From assembly GCA_013001165.1 (NCBI GenBank), contig JABDNC010000011.1, positions 1 through 55,074 of the forward strand: 55,074 nucleotides of DNA, read 5' to 3'. Shown in pieces: positions 29,498 to 40,886 of this stretch. Position numbers and translations under genes: made by a program. The notes below the pieces were generated by a model. It made no database searches. It was not told where the DNA came from and was given only the letters and a program-made list of their open reading frames with translations. This stretch comes from Erythrobacter sp. Its GTDB lineage: Bacteria; Pseudomonadota; Alphaproteobacteria; Sphingomonadales; Sphingomonadaceae. The stretch's first letter is position 1; each line of letters opens with the position of its first letter.

Positions 29498-31147
29498 ATG
29501 AAGCTCAAGTTTACCGCCGCACTTCTTGCAAGCGCGATTGCCATGCCTGCCCATGCCGATGTCCTCATCGACAATGTCACCGGCATCACCGTGGATGCAG
29601 ACGGCAAGGTCAAGCGCTTCGAAGCGCTGGTGATCGACGACGACGGCAAGATCGCGCAAGTCATCGAGCGCGGTCAGGAACGGCCCTCTACCGATTACCG
29701 CGAGGACGGCGAGGGGCGCGTCATGATCCCCGGGATCATCGATGCGCATGCCCATGTCATGGGCGTCGGCTTCGGAGCGCTGACGCTCGATTTGTCGGAC
29801 ACCAATTCGCTCGAGGAAGCACTCGACAAGATCCGCACTTTCGCTGCCGAGAACGAAGCCCGTCCGTGGATCTTGGGACGCGGCTGGAACCAGGAGAAAT
29901 GGGGCCTCGGCCGTTTCCCGACTGCCGAAGAACTCGACAGCGCAGTGTCCGACCGCCCGGTCTATCTTGCCCGGGTCGATGGCCATGCAGGCTGGGCCAA
30001 CAGCCTCGCCATGAGCGCCGCAGGTATCACTGCCGATACGAAGTCGCCGAGCGGCGGGCGGATCGAGAAGCTGGCCGATGGCAAGACCCCCTCGGGCATT
30101 TTCGTCGACGCGGCAGAGCAGCTGATGAATGCGGCCGTCCCTGCCCCGCGCCCGATCGAACGCGACCTCGCCTTCATCGAAGCGCAAAAGGTCCTGCACA
30201 GCTTCGGCATCACCGCCGTCGCCGACATGGGCACGACTATCGAGGACTGGCAGGCATTCCGCAGGGCTGGAGACAATGGCTCGCTCACACTGCGGATCAT
30301 GTCCTACGCCGCCGGCCCCGACCAGATGACACTGATCTCGGGCGCGCGCCCCTCGCTGTGGCTCTATGACGACAAGCTGCGGATGAACGGGGTGAAGCTC
30401 TATCTCGACGGCGCTTTGGGCAGCCGGGGCGCCTGGCTCAAGCAGCCCTATTCGGACGATCCGCACAACACGGGCCTCCCCCTCATGGCGCCGGCACAGC
30501 TACGCAACGTGCTCGTTCGCGCTGCACAGGGCGGCTTCCAGCCCGCTGTCCACGCGATCGGCACCGCGGCAAATGCAGAGGCGCTTAATGCGATCGGCGA
30601 AATCGCCGAAAGCTTCGACGGTGACCGCCGCTGGCGCATCGAGCATGTCCAGATCGTCGATCCTGAAGATCTACCCAAACTGGCAGAGCACGGCATCATC
30701 TCGAGCATGCAGCCCGTCCACCAGACCAGCGACATGTTCATGGCCGAGGCACGGCTGGGCGAAGACCGTCTGGAAGGCGCCTATGCGTGGAACACGATCC
30801 TCGACACGGGCGGACGTCTCGCATTCGGCTCGGACACGCCGGTGGAATCGCCCGATCCCTTTGCCGGTTTCGCGGCAGCGATCACCCGCAGCAATGCAAA
30901 GGGCGAACCCTTTGGCGGCTGGCGTGCGACCGAACGCGTCAATCGCGAGCAGGCGCTTTCGGGCTTTACCGCCGATGCCGCCTATGCAGGCTTCGCAGAG
31001 GGCCGCTTCGGCAGGCTGCTGCCCGGCGAGCGGGCCGACTTCGTCCTCGTCGATGTCGATCCGCTACTGGCGACGCCCGACGAAATTCGCGGGACAAAGG
31101 TACTGGAAACCTGGGTGGGCGGACAGAAAGTCTACGACGCCGACTGA
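29498..31147 (+). CDS. Secreted metal-dependent amidohydrolase (YtcJ-like, amidohydro_3)
   Basis: Signal peptide ending AHA-D, PGIIDAHAH, RVDGHAGWANS, KLYLDGALGSRGA, HAIG, RIEHVQ, FGSDTPV. Its 3' end overlaps the tatC 3' end by 16 bp. Confidence 0.9.
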   Translation: MKLKFTAALLASAIAMPAHADVLIDNVTGITVDADGKVKRFEALVIDDDGKIAQVIERGQERPSTDYREDGEGRVMIPGIIDAHAHVMGVGFGALTLDLSDTNSLEEALDKIRTFAAENEARPWILGRGWNQEKWGLGRFPTAEELDSAVSDRPVYLARVDGHAGWANSLAMSAAGITADTKSPSGGRIEKLADGKTPSGIFVDAAEQLMNAAVPAPRPIERDLAFIEAQKVLHSFGITAVADMGTTIEDWQAFRRAGDNGSLTLRIMSYAAGPDQMTLISGARPSLWLYDDKLRMNGVKLYLDGALGSRGAWLKQPYSDDPHNTGLPLMAPAQLRNVLVRAAQGGFQPAVHAIGTAANAEALNAIGEIAESFDGDRRWRIEHVQIVDPEDLPKLAEHGIISSMQPVHQTSDMFMAEARLGEDRLEGAYAWNTILDTGGRLAFGSDTPVESPDPFAGFAAAITRSNAKGEPFGGWRATERVNREQALSGFTADAAYAGFAEGRFGRLLPGERADFVLVDVDPLLATPDEIRGTKVLETWVGGQKVYDAD

Positions 31148-31941
31148 TCGGCTTCGGGCTCATCTTTCTCGGCTGCTGCTTCCTTGGCGCTGCGCTTGTC
31201 GAAGATGCGCATGAGCACCAGCGAGCCTTCGAACAAGAGCAGCAGGGGCACGGCCAGCAGGAGCTGCGATCCGGGGTCCGGCGGCGTGATGATCGCCGCC
31301 AGCGCCACGACGAGCACGATCACGTAGCGGCGCGCGCCGACCAGCTGGTCGCGCGTCACGATCCCGGCGCGGTGCAGCAGGAGAAGCAGTACCGGCAGCA
31401 GGAAGCTCATTCCGAAAGCGAGGATGAACTGCATGACGAGGCCGAGATACTCGTTAGCGGTCGGCAGAGCCTGAATCTCGAGCCCGCCTGCCGAGCCTTC
31501 GAAGCCGAGGAACCACTCGAAAGCTGTCGGCATGACGATGTAATAGGCGAGGCTCGCACCGGCTAGGAACAGGAAGGGCGTGGCGAAAAGGAAGGGCAGG
31601 AACGCCTTCTTTTCCTTCGCATAAAGGCCCGGAGCCACGAAGGCCCAGAGTTGGTTTGCGATATACGGAAACGAGATGCAGAAGCCCGCAAACAGCGCGA
31701 CCTTGAGCTCGACGAAGAATACTTCGTAAAGCTTGGTGAAGATCAGCTGCCCCTCGCCATTGGCAAAAGCGCCTTTCAGCGGCTGGATCAGGAAACCCAG
31801 GATCCTGTCGGCAAAATAGAGGCAGCCGAGGAACGCCAGCACCAGCGCTGCGACGCAGCGGACCAGGCGCGAACGCAATTCGATCAGGTGATCGATCAGC
31901 GGTGCCTGCGTCTCGTCGATATCCTTGACCTCGAACGCCAT
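31132..31941 (-). CDS. tatC: Twin-arginine translocase TatC
   Basis: PLIDHLIELRSRL, QLWAFVAPGLYAKEK, AAIITPPD. Confidence 0.97.
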   Translation of the reverse strand: MAFEVKDIDETQAPLIDHLIELRSRLVRCVAALVLAFLGCLYFADRILGFLIQPLKGAFANGEGQLIFTKLYEVFFVELKVALFAGFCISFPYIANQLWAFVAPGLYAKEKKAFLPFLFATPFLFLAGASLAYYIVMPTAFEWFLGFEGSAGGLEIQALPTANEYLGLVMQFILAFGMSFLLPVLLLLLHRAGIVTRDQLVGARRYVIVLVVALAAIITPPDPGSQLLLAVPLLLLFEGSLVLMRIFDKRSAKEAAAEKDEPEADQSAS

Positions 31942-31942
31942 G

Positions 31943-32386
31943 TCAGCCGTCCTTTTCCGGCTTGCCGAAGGGCAGGCCCGGCTCTTCAGCGGACTTCTCT
32001 CCGCCGTGCTCGGCCGCCTTTTTCGGCGCGGCACGCTTTATTGCGGCTTCCGCGGCAGCATCGAGATCGGCGGTCTCACCGGCAGATGCCAGCGGCTCCA
32101 TCTCGGGCGGCAGGAGATTTTCCGGCGCGCCCCCGTCCGGTTCGTTGCCGGTCGGGTACTTCGCCATGATTTCCTTGTTCTTCTGCGACCACTTCTCCTC
32201 CATTTCCTCGATTTCGGCCTGGCGGACCATTTCATCGAGGCCGGAACGGAAATGCGAGGACATCCGGCGCAACTTGCCGATCCAGCGACCGGCGGTACGC
32301 ATGGCTTTCGGCATGTCCTTGGGACCGATCACGAGGATCGCCACAACGACGATCACCAGCAATTCGGCCGCGCCGATGTCGAACAT
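31943..32386 (-). CDS. tatB: Twin-arginine translocase TatB
   Basis: MFDIGAAELLVIVVVAILVIGPKDMP. Confidence 0.96.
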   Translation of the reverse strand: MFDIGAAELLVIVVVAILVIGPKDMPKAMRTAGRWIGKLRRMSSHFRSGLDEMVRQAEIEEMEEKWSQKNKEIMAKYPTGNEPDGGAPENLLPPEMEPLASAGETADLDAAAEAAIKRAAPKKAAEHGGEKSAEEPGLPFGKPEKDG

Positions 32387-32409
32387 GGATCAGCGGCTCT
32401 CTGTAAGGG

Positions 32410-32640
32410 TTACTTCGGGTCGGACGTGGTCTTGACCTGATCGTCCTTCAGGCCTTCGCCAGCATGCTTCGCTTCATGGGAAATCTGCTTCGCGGGCTCG
32501 GAATCTTCCTCGTTCATGCCCTTCTTGAAGCTTTTGATTCCCTTGCCGAAATCACCCATCATTTCGGAAATACGCCCACGCCCGAACAGGACGAGGATCA
32601 CAAGGGCGATAATGATGAGCTGCCAGGGGCCGAGCGACAT
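32410..32640 (-). CDS. tatA: Twin-arginine translocase TatA
   Basis: WQLIIIALVILVLFG...GDFGKGIKSFKKG. Confidence 0.96.
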   Translation of the reverse strand: MSLGPWQLIIIALVILVLFGRGRISEMMGDFGKGIKSFKKGMNEEDSEPAKQISHEAKHAGEGLKDDQVKTTSDPK

Positions 32641-32704
32641 TTTGAATACCTTCTAAGCGTGAGCTGTTAGACACAATATAGGGATGCGGCTGTGCGAAAG
32701 CCAG

Positions 32705-33322
32705 TCAAGCTGCATCGGAAGGGTTATCTGCCCCTTCTTCGTCCTGCGAAGCCTCCTCCGGATCGCCCGTATCCATCAGGTCCTCATAGGCGTCTTCAAC
32801 AGGGTCGAGCAGGCCGGTGGCGCGCAATTCCGCGATTCCCGGCAGGTCGCGGCGGCTGGTGAGGCCGAAGTGGTCGAGGAATTCCGGCGTGGTCGCATAG
32901 ATGGTCGGGCGCCCCGGCACCTCGCGTCGTCCGGCGATCTTCACCCAGCCCGCTTCCATGAGCACGTCGAGCGTCCCGCCGCTGGTCTGCACGCCGCGGA
33001 TCGATTCGATCTCCGCGCGGCTGACCGGCTCGTGATAGGCGATGATCGCAAGGACTTCGGTGGCCGCACGGCTCAGGCGGCGGACCTGTTCGCGTTCTTT
33101 GCGCAACAGGTGCGCAAGATCGGGAGCGGTCTCGAAATGCCAGCGCTTGCCCCGTTCAACGAGATGGACGCCGCGCTTTTCATAGGTTTCGGCGAGCGTC
33201 TTCAGCGCCTCGCGCACTTCCGCTTTCTCCGCGTCACCGAGAAATCCCGCCAGCGCGTCTACGCTCATCGGTTCTTCCGATGCGAACAGCGCAGCTTCAA
33301 CGGCACGCTCCAGCTCGGTCAC
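32705..33322 (-). CDS. scpB: SMC-Scp complex subunit ScpB
   Basis: VEAALFAS, LSRAATEVLAIIAYHEPVSRAEIESIRGV, PGRPTIYATT..FLDHFGL. Confidence 0.96.
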   Translation of the reverse strand: MTELERAVEAALFASEEPMSVDALAGFLGDAEKAEVREALKTLAETYEKRGVHLVERGKRWHFETAPDLAHLLRKEREQVRRLSRAATEVLAIIAYHEPVSRAEIESIRGVQTSGGTLDVLMEAGWVKIAGRREVPGRPTIYATTPEFLDHFGLTSRRDLPGIAELRATGLLDPVEDAYEDLMDTGDPEEASQDEEGADNPSDAA

Positions 33323-34122
33323 GCCACCCGCCTCAGGCGCATCGGTCCGAAGACCTCTTCCTGCGCGATCTCGGCCTTGCCCATGCGCGCCAGCTCGAGC
33401 GCAGCGACGAAACTGGAGGCCAGCGCCGAGCGACGCAGGCGCGGTTCAGCATGCGGAGGGAGGAAATCGCGCAGCTCCATCCACTCGAGCGTCACGCCGA
33501 GCATGTTCGATACGCGGTCGAGCGCCGATTCGAGCGTCATCACCGGTCGTTCGCGAACCATGTGAACCGCCGGAGCAGTGCGCGCCTTTACGCGGCCATA
33601 TGCCTCGATCAAGGCGAACTGGTCGCATTCCCACTGCGTTTTGCGGACGATGGCGAGACCTTCGGGCGACCCGCGCAGGAACACATCGCGCCCGATCCGG
33701 TCCCCGCCCATCAGGCGGCCGGCAGCCTCGCGCATCGCGCCGAGGCGCTGGAGGCGCAATTGCAGCTTGAGCGCGAGCTCTTCGGGGCTGGGATCTTCCT
33801 GCTCTTCCTTGGGCAGGAGCATGGCCGACTTCAGATAGGCAAGCCACGCCGCCATCACGAGGTAGTCGGCGGCCAGTTCGAGCTTCAGCGCTTCGGCCTG
33901 CTCGATATATTGGAGATATTGTTCGACCAGCGCGAGGATCGAAATCTCGCGCAGATCGACCTTCTGGCGCCGCGCAAGGTCGAGCAGGAGGTCAAGCGGC
34001 CCTTCCCAGCCGTCGAGTTCGAGATAGAGGGAGTCCTTGTCCACCGTCGCTTCGGCGGCGATGCCGTCCCAGTCCTCGCCTTCCTGCTGGGGCGTGTCGG
34101 CAAACAGCATTCCTTCGGTCAT
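33319..34122 (-). CDS. scpA: Segregation/condensation protein ScpA
   Basis: EGPLDLLLDL, AADYLVMAAWLAYLKS, SSFVAALEL. Confidence 0.96.
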   Translation of the reverse strand: MTEGMLFADTPQQEGEDWDGIAAEATVDKDSLYLELDGWEGPLDLLLDLARRQKVDLREISILALVEQYLQYIEQAEALKLELAADYLVMAAWLAYLKSAMLLPKEEQEDPSPEELALKLQLRLQRLGAMREAAGRLMGGDRIGRDVFLRGSPEGLAIVRKTQWECDQFALIEAYGRVKARTAPAVHMVRERPVMTLESALDRVSNMLGVTLEWMELRDFLPPHAEPRLRRSALASSFVAALELARMGKAEIAQEEVFGPMRLRRVA

Positions 34123-35138
34123 GCCGCCTCCTCCGCAATCGCAAGCAGCGCGTCGCGCTTGGCGAGAAGCTCAGCCGGATCGCAATCCTGTGCAATGTCA
34201 CCCATGGCCGCATGCACTCGCTCGAGCCGCGCGGCCGTCGCCTCGGACATCGTCGGGAAGCGGTTCGCGATTTCCTGCTGGTCGTCCATTTTCGCCCAGC
34301 AGTTCAGGATAATGTCGCAACCCGCCTCGAGCGCTTTCGCGCCGCGATCGGGGATTGTGCCGTCGAGTGCCTGCATGTCGATATCGTCGGTCAACAGCAG
34401 GCCGTCGAAGCCGATCTTGCCGCGAATGACATCCTCGATGACGGTCTTGGAAAGCGTCGCCGGATTGTCTGCATCCCACGCATCGAAAACGAGGTGCGCG
34501 CTCATGCCGAGCGGGTGCGAGGATAGTGTGCGGAAGGGTTCGATATCGACCTCGAGTTCCGCCTCGCTCGCGCTTACGCGCGGCAATTCCTTGTGGCTGT
34601 CGACCGTGGCCCGGCCATGGCCCGGCATGTGCTTGAGACAGCCGACCACGCCGCTGCGCGCCATGCCGTCGAGCACCGCGCGGCCAAGCGCTGCCACCTG
34701 CATCGGCTCGCTGCCGAGCGCGCGGTCACCGATCACGTCGTCGGTCTCGGGCCGCCTGACGTCGAACGGCGCGTGGTAATCGACGCTTATTCCGACGAGC
34801 GCGAGTTCATGGGCCATCGCCTCTGCATTGACCCGCGCTGCCTCGATCGCAGAGGCAGGAGCGATTTCGTAGAGCTTGGCGAAGGCTTCGCCAGCCGGAT
34901 ATCTGGGCCATTCGGGCGGCTTCATCCGCGACACCCGGCCGCCTTCCTGGTCGATCGAGACGATCAGGCGATCGCGCCCGTGGATCGAGCGCAAGTCATC
35001 GGTCAGCGCGCGCATTTGGTCGCGCGTTTCGCAATTGCGTCCGAACAGGATGTAGCCCGCGGGATCCGCCTCCTTGAAGAAGGCGCGTTCGTCGGCCGTG
35101 AGTGCATGGCCGGAAATGCCGAAAATGGCGGGTGTCAT
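34119..35138 (-). CDS. nagZ: Beta-N-acetylhexosaminidase (GH3)
   Basis: ILFGRN, IDQEGGRV, IGDRA, KHMPGHG...DSH, TDDIDMQAL. ATG 35138. Confidence 0.93.
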   Translation of the reverse strand: MTPAIFGISGHALTADERAFFKEADPAGYILFGRNCETRDQMRALTDDLRSIHGRDRLIVSIDQEGGRVSRMKPPEWPRYPAGEAFAKLYEIAPASAIEAARVNAEAMAHELALVGISVDYHAPFDVRRPETDDVIGDRALGSEPMQVAALGRAVLDGMARSGVVGCLKHMPGHGRATVDSHKELPRVSASEAELEVDIEPFRTLSSHPLGMSAHLVFDAWDADNPATLSKTVIEDVIRGKIGFDGLLLTDDIDMQALDGTIPDRGAKALEAGCDIILNCWAKMDDQQEIANRFPTMSEATAARLERVHAAMGDIAQDCDPAELLAKRDALLAIAEEAA

Positions 35139-35230
35139 GGAGGGGAAACTGCTGCTTTTCGCGCGCAATGCCAAGCTCGGCGGAGTCGGCAGGTGTGGAA
35201 ATTAAGGCAGTCCGAGTCCTTCAGGCGCCG

Positions 35231-35929
35231 TTATTTGACGAAACAGGCCAATCCATCGCTCCTGAGCCGGTCGCACAGCGCCATTGCCGCCGTGCGATCG
35301 CCGGGCATCGCCTGCAGTCGATATACGGTGCCGATATCGACCTGAGCCTCGACGACGCGATGACGCACGCCATTTAGCGCCTCGGTCTGGCGCATCAGCC
35401 GGCCCCAGGCCTCGTTGGCCGCAGTCCGCGTGGGAAATGCGCCAACCTGCACTGCGACGCCGGTCGGCCCGGCGGGGCGCGGACCTTCATCGAGCGTGCT
35501 CGCGAGCGAGGGACCTGCCACTTCGGCGTCGGGCTGCGGTTCGGGTGCGGGAGGCGTGTCGGCCAGCTTGCCTTCGCGCGTCTGTCCCTCGCCAACGGCA
35601 TAGCTTGTGTCGCCCGTGCCGGGGAAGGTCTTGCCGCCCGCATCCTCCGGCTTGGTCTTGTAAGGTTCGTCGGGCGCCTCGATCAGGCTGCCATCGGCAA
35701 TCGGCTCGTCACTGTTCGATCCCAGCAGGAACCAGGCACCAGCGACCAGCGCGCCCACCAGCAGCAACGACAGCGCGCCGAGCATGAGCAGGCGCGAGGT
35801 GGCGAAACCGCCGCTCTCCTCGTCCTCTTCATCCGCCTCGAGCCAGGGCAGGCGATCTTCGGACTCGATCAGCTCGAGATCCTCGGCCTCGTCCCAATTG
35901 TCGCTCGTCTCGTAGGGCGAATGCGCCAT
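35231..35929 (-). CDS. SPOR domain membrane protein (FtsN-like position)
   Basis: Acidic N-terminus with LPWLE, one TM, PYKTKP..AGG, and a C-terminal SPOR domain VQVGAF...YRLQA...C..L....ACFV. Lies between argS and nagZ. Confidence 0.88.
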   Translation of the reverse strand: MAHSPYETSDNWDEAEDLELIESEDRLPWLEADEEDEESGGFATSRLLMLGALSLLLVGALVAGAWFLLGSNSDEPIADGSLIEAPDEPYKTKPEDAGGKTFPGTGDTSYAVGEGQTREGKLADTPPAPEPQPDAEVAGPSLASTLDEGPRPAGPTGVAVQVGAFPTRTAANEAWGRLMRQTEALNGVRHRVVEAQVDIGTVYRLQAMPGDRTAAMALCDRLRSDGLACFVK

Positions 35930-35932
35930 GCG

Positions 35933-37669
35933 TTACATCTCCTCGACCGCCTCGACACCCAATATGCCGAGACCGTTGCGGATCACCTGGCCGACCTGTG
36001 CCGCGACGAACAGCCGTGCAGCGGTAAGTTCGGCGTCGCCATCCTGGATAATCCGCTTTGCCGGATCATCATTACCCGCATTCCAGAAGCTGTGGAAGGC
36101 GGCGGCGAGATCGCCGAGGAAAAAGGCGATACGGTGCGGTTCGCGCGCCTTTGCGGCGGCTTCGACCACACGCGGGAATTGCGCCGCTTCGCGCACGAGC
36201 GCGAATTCGTCCGCACCCAGGCGATCGAGGTTCGCATCGCTCGGTTCGACGCCCGCCTTGCGCAGCGTCGAACGAATGCGCGCGTGGGCATACTGCAGAT
36301 AGAAAACCGGATTGTCCTTCGAGGCTTCGACCACCTTGGCGAAGTCGAATTCCATCTGTGCTTCGGGCTTGCGGGTCAGCATGGTGAAGCGGACGACGTC
36401 CTTGCCCACTTCCTCCACCACGTCGGCGAGCGTGACAAAAGTGCCCGCACGCTTCGACATCTTCACCGGCTCGCCGTCGCGCATCAGGTTTACCATCTGC
36501 ACGAGCTTCACGTCGAACGGAACATCGCGCCCTGCGCCCTTGGTCAGCGCGGCGACGGCGGCCTTGATGCGCTTGACCGTACCCGCATGGTCCGCGCCCC
36601 AGATGTCGATGAGCGCATCGGCGTTCTCGGCCTTCTGGAAGTGATAGGCGAGATCGGCCCCGAAATAGGTCCACGCGCCGTTCGATTTCTTGATCGGGCG
36701 GTCCTGGTCGTCGCCGAACTCGGTCGAGCGGAACAGCGGCAGTTCGACCGGCTCCCAGTCTTCGGGCGGTGCCTTGCCCTTGGGTGCTTCGAGCACGCCG
36801 TCATAGACGAAGCCGTGTTCGCGCAGCCAGGCTTCGGCCTCTTCGGGCTTGCCCGCAGCCTGCAACTTGGCTTCGGAGGAAAACAGGTCGTGATGGATGC
36901 CGAGCAGCGAAAGGTCTTCGCGAAGCATGTCCATCATCGCAGCGACCGAACGTTCGCGGAAAAGCTCCAGCCATTCGCTCTCGGGCGCGTCCTTGTAGGC
37001 CGGGCCGAATTCCTGCGCGAGGCGTTCGCCCACCGGCTTCAGGTAGTCGCCCGGATAGAGGCCTTCAGGGATTTCGATCTCTTCGCCGAGCGCCTCGCGG
37101 TAGCGCAGGTGTGCCGAACGGGCGAGAACGTCTACCTGACCACCTGCATCGTTTACGTAATATTCGCGGATGACCTTGTGGCCCGAAAACTCCAGCAGGC
37201 CAGCGAGCGCATCGCCGACAACCGCGCCGCGGCAGTGGCCCATGTGCATGGGGCCGGTCGGATTGGCCGAGACATATTCGATATTGACCGTTTGCCCGCC
37301 GCCGAGTTCTGAACGACCGTAATCGTCACCCAGCGCGGCGATGGCCTTCACCTCGCGCAGCCATGCCATTTCGGACAGGCGCAGGTTGATGAAGCCGGGG
37401 CCTGCAATACTCGCCTCGGTGATATCGGGCTCGCGCTTCAGGTGCTCGATGATCAGTTCGGCGAGGCTGCGCGGATTGGTCTTCGCCTGCTTGGCGAGAA
37501 CCATCGCGGCATTGGTCGCAAGGTCGCCATGCGAGGGATCGCGCGGCGGCTCAACTGTCACGCCCGAACGATTCGCCTCGGGCGGAAGGTGGCCTTCCAT
37601 CTCGAGGGCATTGAGAACGGCGTCGATTTTCGCCGCAAAACCGGCGTGGAGAGTCTGGATGTCGGACAT
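35933..37669 (-). CDS. argS: Arginine--tRNA ligase
   Basis: [47 protein letters not shown]. Confidence 0.98.
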   Translation of the reverse strand: MSDIQTLHAGFAAKIDAVLNALEMEGHLPPEANRSGVTVEPPRDPSHGDLATNAAMVLAKQAKTNPRSLAELIIEHLKREPDITEASIAGPGFINLRLSEMAWLREVKAIAALGDDYGRSELGGGQTVNIEYVSANPTGPMHMGHCRGAVVGDALAGLLEFSGHKVIREYYVNDAGGQVDVLARSAHLRYREALGEEIEIPEGLYPGDYLKPVGERLAQEFGPAYKDAPESEWLELFRERSVAAMMDMLREDLSLLGIHHDLFSSEAKLQAAGKPEEAEAWLREHGFVYDGVLEAPKGKAPPEDWEPVELPLFRSTEFGDDQDRPIKKSNGAWTYFGADLAYHFQKAENADALIDIWGADHAGTVKRIKAAVAALTKGAGRDVPFDVKLVQMVNLMRDGEPVKMSKRAGTFVTLADVVEEVGKDVVRFTMLTRKPEAQMEFDFAKVVEASKDNPVFYLQYAHARIRSTLRKAGVEPSDANLDRLGADEFALVREAAQFPRVVEAAAKAREPHRIAFFLGDLAAAFHSFWNAGNDDPAKRIIQDGDAELTAARLFVAAQVGQVIRNGLGILGVEAVEEM

Positions 37670-37728
37670 GCCCGCGCGCCTAGACGATTGGCGCAAAATC
37701 GCAAGATCTCAGAGCATCCGGTGCGCGA

Positions 37729-38379
37729 TTAGCGGGTCGCGTTGTAGCGTAGCTGGTCCTCGGTCAGCTGGAAGCCGACGAGCAGTTCGAAGGTCGCACG
37801 CTGCACGGCGGCGCGGACTTCAGGATCGGCCAGCGGATCGAGTGCTGCGTCGGGATCCCCGGGTTTACGCTTGCGGGTGATACGTTCGACCACATCGGCG
37901 GGAAGCGTCGCTTCTGCGCGATTGACGAAGGCTCCGGCCTTGCCGCTCGCCTGCGCGCGCTCCTGGCCATCGGCGAAAGTCAGGGTGACCGTGCCGAGGC
38001 GCTTGGTAACGACTGCGCTACCGCCACGAAGAACGGTGGTGAAGTAGGGGAGCTGCACCGTGCGGGAGCCGCGGACATCGGTGCGGCGTGCAACCACGTC
38101 GAAGCTGGCTTCGGAATAAACGCGCTCGCCTTCCTCGTTGCAGGTCGAGGTGAGGTTGGTCATCGCCGCGGTCACATCGAGGTCTGCCACGGTCTTCGTC
38201 GCACCGCGGAACAGCGTGACATCGCCGGTATAGTCGGGGATGCCGACTGCCGGGCAGGCAGTACGCACCGCCGTAATACCAACCGCATTTCCCTGCACGA
38301 CGAGCTCGCCATCGGTCTTGCAACCGGCCAGTGCGAGACCCATTCCAAGGGCAGTAAGGAGGCGAAAGCGATTGGTCAT
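37729..38379 (-). CDS. Hypothetical lipoprotein
   Basis: Lipobox LAGC, CPAVGIPDYTGDVT, LPYF, FELLVGFQL. ATG 38379. Confidence 0.8.
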   Translation of the reverse strand: MTNRFRLLTALGMGLALAGCKTDGELVVQGNAVGITAVRTACPAVGIPDYTGDVTLFRGATKTVADLDVTAAMTNLTSTCNEEGERVYSEASFDVVARRTDVRGSRTVQLPYFTTVLRGGSAVVTKRLGTVTLTFADGQERAQASGKAGAFVNRAEATLPADVVERITRKRKPGDPDAALDPLADPEVRAAVQRATFELLVGFQLTEDQLRYNATR

Positions 38380-38472
38380 GTCGGCGACATTCCTCATGTG
38401 TTCGTATTCATCTGCCCTTCGGGGCGACGCGTGCCCTAGCTTGGCGCGATGCAAAGCGCTAGAGGGGCGAGC

Positions 38473-39459
38473 ATGAACGCCCCCTTTCCGTCCACGACAC
38501 AGAATCCCGCCAACTCGGATCCGCGCCTGCCGCTGCAGTTGCTGATCGCAGCCCCACGCGGTTTTTGCGCCGGCGTCGATCGCGCGATCGAAATCGTCGA
38601 ACGCGCGCTCGAGAAATACGGCGCGCCCGTCTATGTCCGGCATGAAATCGTCCACAACCGTTACGTGGTGGACAGCCTGAAGGCGAAGGGCGCGATCTTC
38701 GTCGAAGAACTGGACGAAGTACCCGACGATGTGCCGGTGGTCTTTTCCGCACACGGCGTGCCCAAGTCGGTGCCTGCCGAGGCGGAGCGCCGCAAGCTGC
38801 TTTATGTCGATGCGACCTGCCCGCTGGTCAGCAAGGTCCACCGCCAGGCCGAACGCCAGATCGAGAAGGGGCAGCATATCCTCTTCATCGGCCATGAAGG
38901 GCATCCCGAAGTCATCGGCACCATGGGTCAGGTTTCCGAAGGGCGCATTACCCTGGTGGAAACGGTGGAAGATGTCGCGACCCTGCCTTTCTCGCAGGAC
39001 GACGATCTGTCCTATCTCACCCAGACGACGCTTTCGGTCGACGACACACAGGACATCATCGAAGCGCTGGAAGCGCGCTATCCGCAGATCGTCGCGCCGA
39101 AGGCAGAAGACATCTGCTATGCCACCAGCAACCGGCAGGCTGCGGTCAAGATCATCGCGCCCAAGTGCGATCTCGTCCTTGTTATCGGCGCTCCGAATTC
39201 TTCCAACTCGCTACGCCTCGTCGAAGTCGCGGAACGCCTGGGCACCGATGCACGGCTGATCCAGCGTGCCGACGAAATCGAACCCGAATGGCTCGAAGGC
39301 GTCGGGACGATGGGTCTCACCGCCGGTGCCTCGGCACCGGAAAAGCTCGTGCGCGAGGTTGTCGACCGCCTGTCGGATTGGCGCCTCGTAAGGGAAGAGC
39401 CGATCGCTGCGGCGGAAGAGAACATGGTCTTCAAATTGCCTCGGCAACTTACCGACTAG
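38473..39459 (+). CDS. ispH: 4-hydroxy-3-methylbut-2-enyl diphosphate reductase
   Basis: [55 protein letters not shown]. Confidence 0.98.
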   Translation: MNAPFPSTTQNPANSDPRLPLQLLIAAPRGFCAGVDRAIEIVERALEKYGAPVYVRHEIVHNRYVVDSLKAKGAIFVEELDEVPDDVPVVFSAHGVPKSVPAEAERRKLLYVDATCPLVSKVHRQAERQIEKGQHILFIGHEGHPEVIGTMGQVSEGRITLVETVEDVATLPFSQDDDLSYLTQTTLSVDDTQDIIEALEARYPQIVAPKAEDICYATSNRQAAVKIIAPKCDLVLVIGAPNSSNSLRLVEVAERLGTDARLIQRADEIEPEWLEGVGTMGLTAGASAPEKLVREVVDRLSDWRLVREEPIAAAEENMVFKLPRQLTD

Positions 39460-40410
39460 GTGGCGGTCTACACCCATCTCGGCGCCGAGGAACTTGCGCG
39501 CCTGATTGGCGAATACGACGTCGGCGAGCTCACATCTGCCAAGGGCATCGCCGAGGGTGTCTCCAACTCCAACTGGTTGGTCGAGACGACGAAGGGCAGG
39601 TTCATCCTGACCATGTACGAGCGCCGGATCGACACGGCACAGCTCCCGTTTTTCCTTGGCCTGCTCGATCACCTTGCGGCGAAAGGGTGCGCAGTTCCTG
39701 CGACGATCCATGACCGCTCAGGGGCCGCATTCCGGCATGTCGACGGCAAGGCGGTCGCGCTGATCGAATTCCTGCCGGGCGTTTCACCGAGCATCCCGAC
39801 TGCCGTACAAGCCCGTTCCGCCGGAGCGGCGCTAGCGCGGGTCCATCTTGCAGCGCAAGATTTCGGCGGGAGAAGGACAAATGATCTCGCGCCTGCGGAC
39901 ACGCTTGCAATCCTGCAAAGATGCGGCGCGCAACGATTGGCAGCGATTGATCCGGAATTGCCCGATATCCTCCCGCTGGCGAGTGACCTCGTGGCACAAT
40001 GGCCGCAAGGCCTGCCCGTATCGATCATCCACTCCGACCTGTTCCCCGACAACGTCCTTATGCTCGGTGAAGCGGTCTCGGGAATGATCGACTTCTATTT
40101 CGCCTGCAATGACGCGATGGCGTATGACCTTGCCGTGACACATGCGGCGTGGTGCTTCCCCGAGGCGACTTATGACGCCGCGCTTGGGCATGCCCTGGTC
40201 GCCGGATACGAGTCGATCCGTATCCTCGAAGAACGAGAACGCGATGCCCTCCCACTGCTCGCCAAAGGTGCTTGCCTGCGGTTCATAGCCAGCCGCGCGG
40301 AGGACTGGCTCGACACGCCGCCCGACGCGCAGGTCTTGCGCAAGGACCCCATGGAGTTCGTCCGGCGCTGGCAATTTTACGACGATGCGGGCCGTGAAGC
40401 GTTTGAATAA
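39460..40410 (+). CDS. thrB: Homoserine kinase, type II (APH-like)
   Basis: AVYT, GIAEGVSNSN, IHSDLFPDNV, IDFYFAC, KDP. Conserved ispH-thrB-rnhA order. Confidence 0.95.
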   Translation: MAVYTHLGAEELARLIGEYDVGELTSAKGIAEGVSNSNWLVETTKGRFILTMYERRIDTAQLPFFLGLLDHLAAKGCAVPATIHDRSGAAFRHVDGKAVALIEFLPGVSPSIPTAVQARSAGAALARVHLAAQDFGGRRTNDLAPADTLAILQRCGAQRLAAIDPELPDILPLASDLVAQWPQGLPVSIIHSDLFPDNVLMLGEAVSGMIDFYFACNDAMAYDLAVTHAAWCFPEATYDAALGHALVAGYESIRILEERERDALPLLAKGACLRFIASRAEDWLDTPPDAQVLRKDPMEFVRRWQFYDDAGREAFE

Positions 40411-40437
40411 GGCGGCGCAGGCGCTAGGGCGACTGCC

Positions 40438-40884
40438 ATGAAGCGGGTCGAACTATTCACCGACGGAGCATGCAAGGGCAATCCCGGGCCGGGCGGCTGG
40501 GGCGCCTTGCTGCGCATGGGACCTCACGAGAAGGAGATGTCCGGCGCCGAGGCCAAGACGACCAACAACCGGATGGAGATGACGGCGGCGATCCGCGGGC
40601 TTTCAGCCCTGATCGAACCGTGCGAGGTCGCGATCTATACCGACAGCAAGTACCTGATCGACGGGATCACAAAGTGGGTACACGGCTGGAAGAAGCGCGG
40701 CTGGGTCAATGCTAGCAAGAAGCCGGTGATGAATGCCGACCTGTGGCATGACCTGATCGAGCTTACAGCGCGTCACAACGTGGAATGGCACTGGGTGAAA
40801 GGCCATTCAGGCCACCCGGAAAACGATCGGGTGGACAGCCTCGCCAGCGACGCAGCCGAAGCGATCGCCGCTGGCGGGACATAG
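40438..40884 (+). CDS. rnhA: Ribonuclease HI
   Basis: [42 protein letters not shown]. Confidence 0.98.
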   Translation: MKRVELFTDGACKGNPGPGGWGALLRMGPHEKEMSGAEAKTTNNRMEMTAAIRGLSALIEPCEVAIYTDSKYLIDGITKWVHGWKKRGWVNASKKPVMNADLWHDLIELTARHNVEWHWVKGHSGHPENDRVDSLASDAAEAIAAGGT

Positions 40885-40886
40885 AA

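Noticed and set aside
35183-35218. Two GANTC sites upstream of nagZ
   Set aside because: Two 4-base-specific sites with no supporting motif are too weak to call.
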